Of a stretch of 42,179 nucleotides of DNA, positions 1 through 7,076 are shown piece after piece; within the stretch, counting starts at the first letter, position 1, and the number at the start of each line of letters is the position of its first letter. Under the pieces are notes generated by a model, which was given only the letters and a program-made list of their open reading frames with translations, was not told the DNA's origin and made no database searches. The position numbers were made by a program, and so were the translations under genes. This stretch comes from an uncultured Anaerolineaceae bacterium (lineage in GTDB: Bacteria > Chloroflexota > Anaerolineae > Anaerolineales > Anaerolineaceae): the NCBI GenBank assembly GCA_964624615.1, contig CAZUZM010000003.1, positions 3,241-45,419 on the forward strand, given 5' to 3'.

Positions 1-645
1 CCCTTAGCCACACAATCTGTTTTCGCACCTTATACCTATTTTAAGCGTGCCCCAAAGAAATTGGTTCGCCTGATTTTGCCCAACCTGATTACATCGATTG
101 GCGCTGGCATGATTATGCCCTTCATGAATGTTTTCTTCCGCAACGTCCACACCCAGTCGGACGCCTCGATTGGCGTCATTTTTGCCTGGGGCAGCCTGGC
201 AATGGGCGCAGGCTTGATTATCGCGCCGATGTTGGCTGAACGCTTTGGCAAAATCCAAGTAGTGGTCATCACCCAAGCCCTATCCATCCCCTTCCTCGCA
301 CTACTGGGTTTTACACCATACTTCGAACTGGCCGTCATCGCCTATTACATTCGCCTGACCCTCATGAACATGAGCAGCCCCATCTTTTCGACCTTTGCCA
401 TGGAGCAGGTTGAACCAGAAGCGCGGGCGATGTTGGCAAGCCTCAACAGCATGGCTTTTAACTTTGGCTGGGCTTTCAGCCCGACCATTAGTGGCATCTT
501 GCAAGAGAAACATGGGTTTAAACCACCCTTTATGATTACGCTTGCGCTTTATGCCATTTCTACAACGATGTATTTCCTCTGGTTTTGGTACCGCAAAAAT
601 AATGCCAAGACTGAAGAAGGCCCCATTCAAGCTTTGGACAACTAA
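1..645 (+). CDS. MFS-type transporter, C-terminal part (5' end cut by window edge)
   Basis: Frame 1 is open from base 1, and the track start at 61 is a TTG inside this frame. The translation is a run of hydrophobic helices typical of the MFS C-terminal half. TAA stop at 643-645. Confidence 0.7.
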   Translation, partial: PLATQSVFAPYTYFKRAPKKLVRLILPNLITSIGAGMIMPFMNVFFRNVHTQSDASIGVIFAWGSLAMGAGLIIAPMLAERFGKIQVVVITQALSIPFLALLGFTPYFELAVIAYYIRLTLMNMSSPIFSTFAMEQVEPEARAMLASLNSMAFNFGWAFSPTISGILQEKHGFKPPFMITLALYAISTTMYFLWFWYRKNNAKTEEGPIQALDN

Positions 646-681
646 CAACATATTTTTGATGAGTCTTTAACAAGGCAGTTG

Positions 682-710
682 TTGACGCCTTAATTTGAAG
701 ATGGTATAAC
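682..710 (+). promoter_or_regulatory. Sigma-70-like promoter for the ArsR-like gene
   Basis: TTGACG (682-687), 17-nt spacer, TATAAC (705-710). GGAGG RBS at 765-769 and ATG at 778. Confidence 0.5.
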
Positions 711-711
711 T

Positions 712-743
712 GAGATATGATTGTTAGATATATCTCTAACAAT
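712..743. promoter_or_regulatory. Overlapping inverted repeats, candidate operator
   Basis: ATTGTTAGA (720-728) / TCTAACAAT (735-743) has 9-bp arms and a 6-bp spacer. It overlaps a second repeat, GAGATAT (712-718) / ATATCTC (730-736). Both lie just downstream of the predicted -10. Confidence 0.45.
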
Positions 744-777
744 TATTCCGAAAGTAATTTGTCGGAGGTAAATAAGA

Positions 778-1842
778 ATGGATCCGATTAAAGGTGCGAA
801 GCTTGTTTTCGATTTTGGCACGGCGTATGACTTATTCATCAGTCAACATGTCCTTCATAACCCAGAACGTTTTAGCCTGAAACCCAATTGGGCGGCGGGT
901 ATTCGTGGGCGCCTAAGCCCTGAACTTGGTGAAGCGATAGAACATTCCATTACCTGTACCCTTTTGCCAATGCACTTCGTCCATTACAAGATAGAAAAGC
1001 CAAAGAATAGTGCTTCTGTACTCAAGGTTTTAGGCGAAGCCAGTCCTCTAAAGCGTGTTGAAATGCTCAACTACCATCCGCGAAACTCAGAAGAATACCT
1101 CGAAATCCTGCACAACACTTCTCCAAAGAAGCCTTGGACAAATGTCGAACGAGAAACACTCCTGGAACATACCATCGGGGCTGAGCGAAGAGCTAATCCA
1201 AAATACCTGGAAAGCCTCTACCATGTGTGGTCTGACCCAAAGGCCTTTGGCGATAAATATCTTGCCGCTTTGAAAGCCTATGTGGACGTTTTCTTCGCCG
1301 AGGAAGAGCGTCGCATTCTACCCGCCCTCAAACAATCCCTCAATCATGCGCAAATGCGCTCCGGCAGTGTCACTGTGCCAAAACTATTAGAGGAACTCAC
1401 GGCAGGCATTCGCTATTATGACCTTGAAGAAATTCGCACAGTAACGCTGGCACCTTCTTTTTGGATGGCCCCCCTGATGATTACCCACCGCATTGAAACT
1501 GATCAGTATCTGGTTATTTATGGGACTCGTCCGGACAATATGACTCTTATCCCTGGTGACCCTGTGCCCGATAGCCTCGTGCGTAGCTTAAAAGCACTCT
1601 GTGACCCGACCCGCTTGCATATCGCACGATTAGTGACCCTTAGCCCACAAACGCCAAGCCAACTTTCTCGCACCCTAAGGCTGAGACCTGCGACCATTAA
1701 CAACCATCTCTACGAACTTCGCATTGCTGGTTTAATTCAAATGATCCTGACCGAAGAAGGCGAAACGCTTTACGCCACGCGCTATGATGGTGTTGATGAA
1801 CTCACCGACCTTTTGCACCGTTTTCTTAACGGTCTTTCCTAA
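778..1842 (+). CDS. ArsR/SmtB-type winged-HTH regulator with a large uncharacterised N-terminal domain
   Basis: The C-terminal segment LKALCDPTRLHIARLV...PSQLSRTLRLRPATINNHLYELRIAGLI matches the ArsR HTH pattern. I did not recognise the ~270-aa N-terminal region. Confidence 0.7.
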   Translation: MDPIKGAKLVFDFGTAYDLFISQHVLHNPERFSLKPNWAAGIRGRLSPELGEAIEHSITCTLLPMHFVHYKIEKPKNSASVLKVLGEASPLKRVEMLNYHPRNSEEYLEILHNTSPKKPWTNVERETLLEHTIGAERRANPKYLESLYHVWSDPKAFGDKYLAALKAYVDVFFAEEERRILPALKQSLNHAQMRSGSVTVPKLLEELTAGIRYYDLEEIRTVTLAPSFWMAPLMITHRIETDQYLVIYGTRPDNMTLIPGDPVPDSLVRSLKALCDPTRLHIARLVTLSPQTPSQLSRTLRLRPATINNHLYELRIAGLIQMILTEEGETLYATRYDGVDELTDLLHRFLNGLS

Positions 1843-1876
1843 GACAGGTTAAGAAGATTTTTTATCCTACAGAACT

Positions 1877-1905
1877 AAAAAGACCAGCAAATTGCTGGTC
1901 TTTTT
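1877..1905. terminator. Bidirectional rho-independent terminator between convergent genes
   Basis: AAAAA-GACCAGCA-AATT-GCTGGTC-TTTTT: a perfect stem flanked by an A-run and a T-run. Confidence 0.7.
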
Positions 1906-1925
1906 GTTGTGTAACGATTGGTTGT

Positions 1926-2864
1926 TTAGCCCTCAGGATTGATACGGAACTCATAAATCCCGTCGCGATACTCCCAAACATGGCTACAACCCGGACAAGT
2001 TTGGTCATGCTTCGTTTCCGGCAGGCTGGTTTGACAAATTGGGCAAGAGAAGAATGCGCCATCCTCGGGTTTTGGACTTGCACCAATGGCAAAGGATTGG
2101 GTAAACACACTGGGACTCAGCTGGACAAATGCACCTGTACACTGTAATGCAGAATCCAAACCCACCAAAACCTTGTGGTTAATGCCTCGTTTGAGCGCAC
2201 CAACGCGAAAATGAGAGACGGTTAGTTGCTTTTTGAGGTCAAACTGATTTTCCTTAAGCAAATTGCGCACCGTTCGCGGGTGGAAGTTGTAGTTAAGAGC
2301 AACAAACTCAACCTGCTCAGGGCTAAAGGGACTCCAGGACTGCTTCTTGAGCCAATATCGTCCGATCGCTTTTAGGTTTCGTTTGTTGGCATATTCCAAC
2401 ACGAACAGGGCATCTTCTGCCAAAACACGGCGCACATTCGCTAAAGCGCTAGCGGCATCAGAGAGATGATGCAGCGTGCGGATCATCGTCGCGCCATCAA
2501 AAAGGCCAGACACAAACGGTAATTTGTAAATATCCGCGGTGACATAGATATAACGATCAGAATCGCCCAGTCGTTCGCGCGCTTGCAAAAGTTGGGTGCG
2601 CGAATAGTCTAAAAGAACAATGCGTTCCCAGTGGTTGTAACGCGGCGTGTTGCGACCCGCACCAGCCCCAAGTTCAAGCAACAGCCTGCCATGCTCGGGC
2701 ATAATGCGCTTTAGCGCTACTTCTTCTGCGCCATCTTCATAACGTCGCTCGCCGGTATCCCAAAAAACCTCTTGGTATTTAGAACCTTCATACGAGCAAA
2801 CGGATGGCGTTTGATCCTCATCGGTTGGGTTAATAGAAGGGCTGATTTGATTTTCGTTGGTCAT
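1926..2864 (-). CDS. Class I SAM-dependent methyltransferase with C-terminal zinc-ribbon
   Basis: LLELGAGAGRNT is SAM-binding motif I. The C-terminus carries CPICQ...CPGC...YEF, a Trm112-like ribbon. I moved the start to the internal ATG at 2864 (MTNENQ), which has a TGAGG RBS. The longer track ORF runs over the SRP RNA. Confidence 0.8.
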   Translation of the reverse strand: MTNENQISPSINPTDEDQTPSVCSYEGSKYQEVFWDTGERRYEDGAEEVALKRIMPEHGRLLLELGAGAGRNTPRYNHWERIVLLDYSRTQLLQARERLGDSDRYIYVTADIYKLPFVSGLFDGATMIRTLHHLSDAASALANVRRVLAEDALFVLEYANKRNLKAIGRYWLKKQSWSPFSPEQVEFVALNYNFHPRTVRNLLKENQFDLKKQLTVSHFRVGALKRGINHKVLVGLDSALQCTGAFVQLSPSVFTQSFAIGASPKPEDGAFFSCPICQTSLPETKHDQTCPGCSHVWEYRDGIYEFRINPEG

Positions 2865-2885
2865 GCTTTGCCTCATTAAGAAAAT

Positions 2886-2988
2886 GTTGGGCAGGTTTAC
2901 CGGCAACACCCAGAGATACCTCCTTACCGCTGCTTCCTCTCGGACCTGACGGGGTTCGTAGGGCTCTGCCGCGCCGGTCCCGCCCAAC
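2886..2988 (-). ncRNA. ffs: Signal recognition particle RNA (small bacterial 4.5S type)
   Basis: The minus strand reads GUUGGGCGGG...CCCGUCAGGUCCGAGAGGAAGCAGCGGUAAGG...CCUGCCCAAC. GUCAGGUCC-GAGA-GGAAGCAGC matches the conserved domain IV with a GNRA tetraloop (E. coli has GUCAGGUCCGGAAGGAAGCAGC). The 5' and 3' ends pair (UUGGGCGGG / CCUGCCCAA), and AUUUUCUU follows the 3' end. Confidence 0.85.
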
Positions 2989-2995
2989 GCGAATA

Positions 2996-3024
2996 AGGAT
3001 AACTGTTTAGTGCCTGTGTGTCAA
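2996..3024 (-). promoter_or_regulatory. Promoter of the SRP RNA gene
   Basis: On the minus strand: TTGACA (3024-3019), 17-nt spacer, TATCCT (3001-2996). The predicted RNA 5' end at 2988 lies 7 nt downstream. Confidence 0.6.
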
Positions 3025-3039
3025 TTGAAAAATAAGAGG

Positions 3040-3564
3040 CTATGCCAGATTTTGGTCACAAATATCCCGAAATCCACAACTGCGACAACGCGCAGCTTGC
3101 TGATGGGAGCGCTGAGGGCTTTCATCACAGCCTTCAACCTGACGTAAGGCTAAGATGAGGTCGAGGAGTTTTGCTTTTTGAAGGTCATCGTAAGGCACTT
3201 CAAAACTTTTGTCTTCATAGCGAATGATGCCATGGCTTGGCTTTAAACCTTGCGTTTGTTCAATGAGGTAGCAGTACGCCAAAACCTGATAAACATGCGA
3301 ATCATAAGGTTGGATGGGTGCAGACACAGACTTGAAGTCAACCGGTACCAGGCTGCCATCGCGCTGACGAATGACATAATCGGGCTTGCCAACAAGGTTT
3401 AGATCAGCATCATACAAAGGTTTGGGGACGGCTTGTAGTTGATCGGTGTCGGCGTAAACCAAACGGCCAGACGGTAATCCGCTGGCTTGCTTCAAACGCC
3501 AGGCAATAATCAGCAAGAACACTGCCAAAACACAAAGAAGAAGTGCCACAGTCCAAGGGCTCAT
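3040..3564 (-). CDS. Cas4/RecB-like PD-(D/E)XK nuclease, C-terminal half with N-terminal TM helix
   Basis: From ATG 3564: MSPWTVALLLCVLAVFLLIIAW is a TM helix. The nuclease motifs are GKPDYV...VPVDFK (D / D-x-K) and QVLAYCY (QxxxY). The C-terminus has CRSCGFRDIC (C-x2-C-x5-C), typical of the Cas4 Fe-S cluster. The track start at 3729 overlaps the upstream ORF in another frame. Confidence 0.7.
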   Translation of the reverse strand: MSPWTVALLLCVLAVFLLIIAWRLKQASGLPSGRLVYADTDQLQAVPKPLYDADLNLVGKPDYVIRQRDGSLVPVDFKSVSAPIQPYDSHVYQVLAYCYLIEQTQGLKPSHGIIRYEDKSFEVPYDDLQKAKLLDLILALRQVEGCDESPQRSHQQAARCRSCGFRDICDQNLA

Positions 3565-3782
3565 CGTTTCACCCACAATAGTACTAATGCTATAGCAATC
3601 AAAATAAAAGCGACCAAAATAAGAAGTGGTACAAGTTTGACTTGTCGGGCATGACTTTGGTGTGCCTGGGTGCCGGCGTCCATTTGCTCTTGGTTTGAGG
3701 AGACTTCGCCTTGTAACTGGTACCACCAAGCACGTTCGCAGTATAAAAAAGACCCTAATTCTGACGCTTTTATCGTTCGCAT
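3561..3782 (-). CDS. Cas4-like N-terminal fragment (first cluster Cys) with C-terminal TM helix
   Basis: IKASELGSFLYCERAWWYQ resembles the Cas4/DUF83 N-terminal Cys motif. LVPLLILVAFILIAIALVLLWV is a TM helix. The TGA stop (3563-3561) overlaps the ATG (3564-3562) of the next ORF as ATGA. Confidence 0.6.
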   Translation of the reverse strand: MRTIKASELGSFLYCERAWWYQLQGEVSSNQEQMDAGTQAHQSHARQVKLVPLLILVAFILIAIALVLLWVKR

Positions 3783-3791
3783 AACCGTTTT

Positions 3792-3823
3792 CTATGATAA
3801 CATCTAATAAACTATTATCATAG
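3792..3823. promoter_or_regulatory. Palindrome filling the 49-bp divergent intergenic region
   Basis: CTATGATAA (3792-3800), 14 nt, TTATCATAG (3815-3823). The right arm abuts the AGGAG RBS of the gene at 3832. Confidence 0.4.
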
Positions 3824-3831
3824 GAGAAGAC

Positions 3832-4608
3832 ATGGCCTTAATAAATTGCCCTGAATGCGAACGAGAGATTTCTGATAGAGTCCTCGCATGTCCACATTGT
3901 GGCTTTCCGCTTAAAGAAGAGACTGGTTTTGTAGAAGACGTAAAGCCTCAAGATGTACAAATCACTGGTGTGAAAGTTGAAAAGCAGAAAGTTTTAACTT
4001 ACATACTTATCCCCTTACTAGTTATCGTCTTGATAGCTGGAGCCTACTTTATATTTAAAAGCGTAAAAGCTAAAAAAGAACAGATGGCTTATCAGGCAGC
4101 CTTTAATGAGTACATTGATAACACCAACTTGACATCATTAAAGATGCTAGTAGATGGAAGCATTGCGGAAGATATAACAGACTTATTGGCACGAGTGTGG
4201 AGGAATACTATTTATAAAGAAAATGACTCTACTACAGATAAATTCACAAAGTCCTCTGGCTATGGATTCAACGAGGATTTTAATACCTCAATTAGTTCTT
4301 TTTATGCTGACAGTGCGATTTCTAGAAAAGTAACTGACCTCAGGAATGGGCAAACAAGAGTTTCAGGGTTGATGAAAGACCTGCAAAATCCGCCGGAAGG
4401 TCTAGAAAAGGTTTATGACGCTATCATGGAACTAAACCTGGCCTATAAGCAGTTAACCAATTTAGCTATTTCCCCAACGGGAAGCTTAAATACCTATTCA
4501 GAGGCTAAAGATAAAGCTCAAAGCAATTTCCTAGACAAATTTGAGCGCCTTAAGAACCTAATACCTGAAAAATTCCCGGAACCAGCAAATGCTGATAAAA
4601 AACAATAG
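3832..4608 (+). CDS. Zinc-ribbon / single-pass membrane protein, unknown function
   Basis: N-terminal CPECE...CPHCG zinc ribbon, then the TM helix LTYILIPLLVIVLIAGAYFIF, then a ~180-aa extracytoplasmic domain I did not recognise. The gene is visibly more AT-rich than its neighbours. Confidence 0.7.
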   Translation: MALINCPECEREISDRVLACPHCGFPLKEETGFVEDVKPQDVQITGVKVEKQKVLTYILIPLLVIVLIAGAYFIFKSVKAKKEQMAYQAAFNEYIDNTNLTSLKMLVDGSIAEDITDLLARVWRNTIYKENDSTTDKFTKSSGYGFNEDFNTSISSFYADSAISRKVTDLRNGQTRVSGLMKDLQNPPEGLEKVYDAIMELNLAYKQLTNLAISPTGSLNTYSEAKDKAQSNFLDKFERLKNLIPEKFPEPANADKKQ

Positions 4609-4639
4609 GCTTAAGAACTTTTAATTTTCCTATAAAACT

Positions 4640-4668
4640 AAAAACAGCTCGGTAAACCGAGCTGTTTC
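4640..4668. terminator. Bidirectional rho-independent terminator
   Basis: AAAAA-CAGCTCGG-TAAA-CCGAGCTG-TTT, between convergent genes. Confidence 0.75.
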
Positions 4669-4686
4669 ATTTTGAGGCATAACAGA

Positions 4687-5343
4687 TTACTTGTGATGAG
4701 CCGTGAGAAAGCCGTCCAGCTTATCCGAAAGTTCGTCCAGCTGTTGGGTCAGGACTTGTTGGCGATAGGAAGTTGTGATATCGGCACGTGTGCGCTCGAT
4801 GATGCCCCGCGCTAAGTCGGTTCGTCTTCTCAGACCGTCTGTAACCGCATCGGGATAATCCATGGTCACCAACTGGGTAAAAATTTCGTCCATGCTAAAC
4901 AAGAGTCTTTCCACTTCATCCGTATAGCCAGTACGCAAAATGTCCATGCAGCGACGGCGCATTTCGCCCAGTGTCTCGGTAAGGCCATTAAGCCACGCTG
5001 GCAGCTCCACACCCAGGTCCGCAGGGCTTGGGATGGGGTTGTCATAGATAATCGCAGCGGTCAATTTGGCTTCGCAATATTCTTTGAGGGCGTCTTGGGT
5101 GTAGCCAGTGTAATAAAGGTCTGGGTGATTGGGTTTAAGCGTATGGATAATACAGTCAACAATCACCTTTCCCGCTTCAAGTTCTTCCTCTGCGACCTTA
5201 AGCTCGTTGCGATGGATGGCGCGAATAGCTAAAGACGCACGGCGAATAACTTCACGCGCGTTCTTTAATGCCTGATCCCGCAGCTCCGTTTTCTCGTTGA
5301 ACTCTTCACGGATCTGCTCACAAATTTTTTCTAAATTTTGCAT
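4687..5343 (-). CDS. Translin/TRAX-family (C3PO-like) protein
   Basis: KEYCEA resembles the TRAX catalytic QEYVEA (ExxE) motif, and LGEMRRRC resembles the translin GELMR motif. I set the start at ATG 5343 (MQNLEK), which has a GGAGG RBS 1 nt after the upstream stop. The longer track ORF overlaps the upstream gene. Confidence 0.65.
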   Translation of the reverse strand: MQNLEKICEQIREEFNEKTELRDQALKNAREVIRRASLAIRAIHRNELKVAEEELEAGKVIVDCIIHTLKPNHPDLYYTGYTQDALKEYCEAKLTAAIIYDNPIPSPADLGVELPAWLNGLTETLGEMRRRCMDILRTGYTDEVERLLFSMDEIFTQLVTMDYPDAVTDGLRRRTDLARGIIERTRADITTSYRQQVLTQQLDELSDKLDGFLTAHHK

Positions 5344-5344
5344 T

Positions 5345-5662
5345 TTATCCCTCCTCTGGCGGTTCCTTTGGTCCACTTGTCTTAAAAAGTTGGTCTGCAA
5401 GGCTGTGTCCTTGTGGGATTTTAATTTCACCAAAGTTGCTTTCAAAACGGCGCAAATTTTCGTTCAAAGCCTGAACGAGCAACTTGGCACCTAAGGGAGA
5501 AAAGACAAGTCTGGTATTAATCTTTTGTTCTTTAATACCCGGCATGACACTCGCAAAATCGAGCACAAACTCTTGCGGCGTGTGTGAGATGTAAGACATA
5601 TTCACATATCGCGCGCTTAAATCTTCTGGCACACTAATGGTTATCTTCTTAATTTCCGCCAT
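5345..5662 (-). CDS. DUF3467-family small protein
   Basis: YVNMSYISHTPQEFVLDF...RLVFSPLGAKLLVQALNENLRRFESNFGEI matches my memory of the DUF3467 pattern. It starts 9 nt after ssb. Confidence 0.6.
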   Translation of the reverse strand: MAEIKKITISVPEDLSARYVNMSYISHTPQEFVLDFASVMPGIKEQKINTRLVFSPLGAKLLVQALNENLRRFESNFGEIKIPQGHSLADQLFKTSGPKEPPEEG

Positions 5663-5671
5663 GAGAAAACC

Positions 5672-6073
5672 TTAGAATGGGATGTCGTCGTCCATAGAAT
5701 CGTCTATGCCGTCAGCATCCGCGCCACCACCAACGCCTTCTGAGCGAGGCGACATAAAGCGCACTGACTCAGCAGTGATCTCATAAGAACTGCCCCAAGA
5801 TCCATCATTTCGTTGATAAACGCGAGGTCCACCGGTTTGAGAATCTGGGTACAAGCGTCCCTCAACTAAAACCTTAGATCCTTTACGAAGGTATTGATTG
5901 CAGCTTTCTGCTTGTTTACCCCAAACGGAAACGCGAAACCAAGTAGTTTCATCGACATCTTTATACTTTCGGCTGGTCGCTACGCTAAAGCTGGTTACAG
6001 GGTTGCCATCGGGTGAAAAACGCATTTCTGGGTCGCGACCCAAATTGCCGATAATGATTATTTTTTGATACAT
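5672..6073 (-). CDS. ssb: Single-stranded DNA-binding protein
   Basis: MYQKIIIIGNLGRDPEMRF...TWFRVSVWGKQAE is an OB fold, and the acidic tail ends in DDDIPF. Confidence 0.95.
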   Translation of the reverse strand: MYQKIIIIGNLGRDPEMRFSPDGNPVTSFSVATSRKYKDVDETTWFRVSVWGKQAESCNQYLRKGSKVLVEGRLYPDSQTGGPRVYQRNDGSWGSSYEITAESVRFMSPRSEGVGGGADADGIDDSMDDDIPF

Positions 6074-6200
6074 TGTGTGAAATCCTTTCGTCTCTTGCGT
6101 GTTGTGTTAATCTACCTGGGTCTATTTTACTTGAAATCAATCTTGAAATCTATAAATCGTATGCACGTTTGTGTTTAGCGAAAAAGAGATCGGCATTTGC

Positions 6201-6230
6201 TTGACGATTTAGACGGCGATAGGATATACT
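6201..6230 (+). promoter_or_regulatory. Promoter for tRNA-Pro
   Basis: TTGACG (6201-6206), 18-nt spacer, TATACT (6225-6230), 12 nt before the tRNA 5' end. Confidence 0.55.
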
Positions 6231-6242
6231 TCATTCTCACGC

Positions 6243-6316
6243 CGGGGTGTGGCGCAGACGGCTAGCGCGCTGCGTTTGGGACGCAGAGGTCGTCGGTTCA
6301 AGTCCGACCACCCCGA
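6243..6316 (+). tRNA. tRNA-Pro (anticodon UGG)
   Basis: Cloverleaf folded by hand: acceptor CGGGGTG/CACCCCG, D arm GCGC/GCGC, anticodon stem CTGCG/CGCAG with loop TTTGGGA (TGG), T arm GTCGG-TTCAAGT-CCGAC, discriminator A. CCA is not encoded. Confidence 0.9.
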
Positions 6317-6353
6317 CTTTTTTATTTAAAGGGTATACTTAGCCCACACAATT

Positions 6354-7076
6354 ATGGGCACACCTTATCTTTCAATTATCATTCCCGCGCATAACGAATC
6401 CAAACGCCTTGGGCAAACCTTGATGCTTGTCCAAGAATATCTCAAAAACAAAGATTTTGAGTCCGAACTCATCATTGTAGAAAATGCCAGCAGCGACCAA
6501 ACCGCACAAATCGTGCGTGATTGGCAAGCGCGCATGCCCAACCTGCACCTCATCAGCCTCAAAGAACCTGGCAAAGGGGGCGCTGTGAAAGTTGGTATGC
6601 TCTCGGCGCGTGGTCAATTCCGCTTTATGGCGGATGCGGATCTTTCAATGCCCATCGAAGAGTTGGATAAGTTTTTACCACCCAAACAAGATGCAGAAGT
6701 TGCCATTGGATCACGTGAAGCACCCGGCGCACGTCGGTTTGACGAGCCAGAATACCGCCATCTGATTGGTCGGGTTTTCAACCTTTTGGTCAAACTCATT
6801 GCTTTGCCCAAGGTTGAAGATTCGCAGTGCGGCTTCAAAGGCTTTAGTGCCGAAGCCGCCGACCGCATTTTTCCCTTGCAGCAGCAAACCGGCTGGAGCT
6901 TTGATGTTGAGGTCTTGGTTATCGCACGCGAGTTGGGCTACGCCATCAGCGAAGTACCCATCGACTGGTATTACCAAAAAGGCTCACGCATGAATGTCCT
7001 CAAAGCCAGTTGGCGCATGTTCCGTGACCTATGGCGCATTCGCCGTAACCGTAAACAGGGTCTTTATCGTGCCTAA
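6354..7076 (+). CDS. Family 2 glycosyltransferase (dolichyl/polyprenyl-phosphate glycosyltransferase-like)
   Basis: LSIIIPAHNE, MADADLS (DxD) and GFKGF motifs. Confidence 0.85.
   Translation: MGTPYLSIIIPAHNESKRLGQTLMLVQEYLKNKDFESELIIVENASSDQTAQIVRDWQARMPNLHLISLKEPGKGGAVKVGMLSARGQFRFMADADLSMPIEELDKFLPPKQDAEVAIGSREAPGARRFDEPEYRHLIGRVFNLLVKLIALPKVEDSQCGFKGFSAEAADRIFPLQQQTGWSFDVEVLVIARELGYAISEVPIDWYYQKGSRMNVLKASWRMFRDLWRIRRNRKQGLYRA

Noticed and set aside
2865-2987. N-terminal extension of the 353-aa methyltransferase ORF (track start 2987).
   Set aside because: It overlaps the SRP RNA gene on the same strand. The internal ATG at 2864 has an RBS, and the methyltransferase homology begins after it.
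3565-3729. Long version (229 aa) of the Cas4-like C-terminal ORF.
   Set aside because: Its first 55 codons overlap the 73-aa ORF in another frame and look non-protein-like (Pro/Arg/Thr-rich). The ATG at 3564 forms a classic ATGA junction. A frameshifted single gene remains possible and is discussed in the findings.
6243-6353. tRNA-Pro as a genomic-island integration site.
   Set aside because: There is no integrase and no direct repeat of the tRNA 3' end. An ordinary glycosyltransferase-rnhB operon follows immediately.
6994-7068. Track start of rnhB at ATG 6994.
   Set aside because: It lies 83 nt inside the glycosyltransferase gene. RNase HII homology begins near the GTG at 7069.
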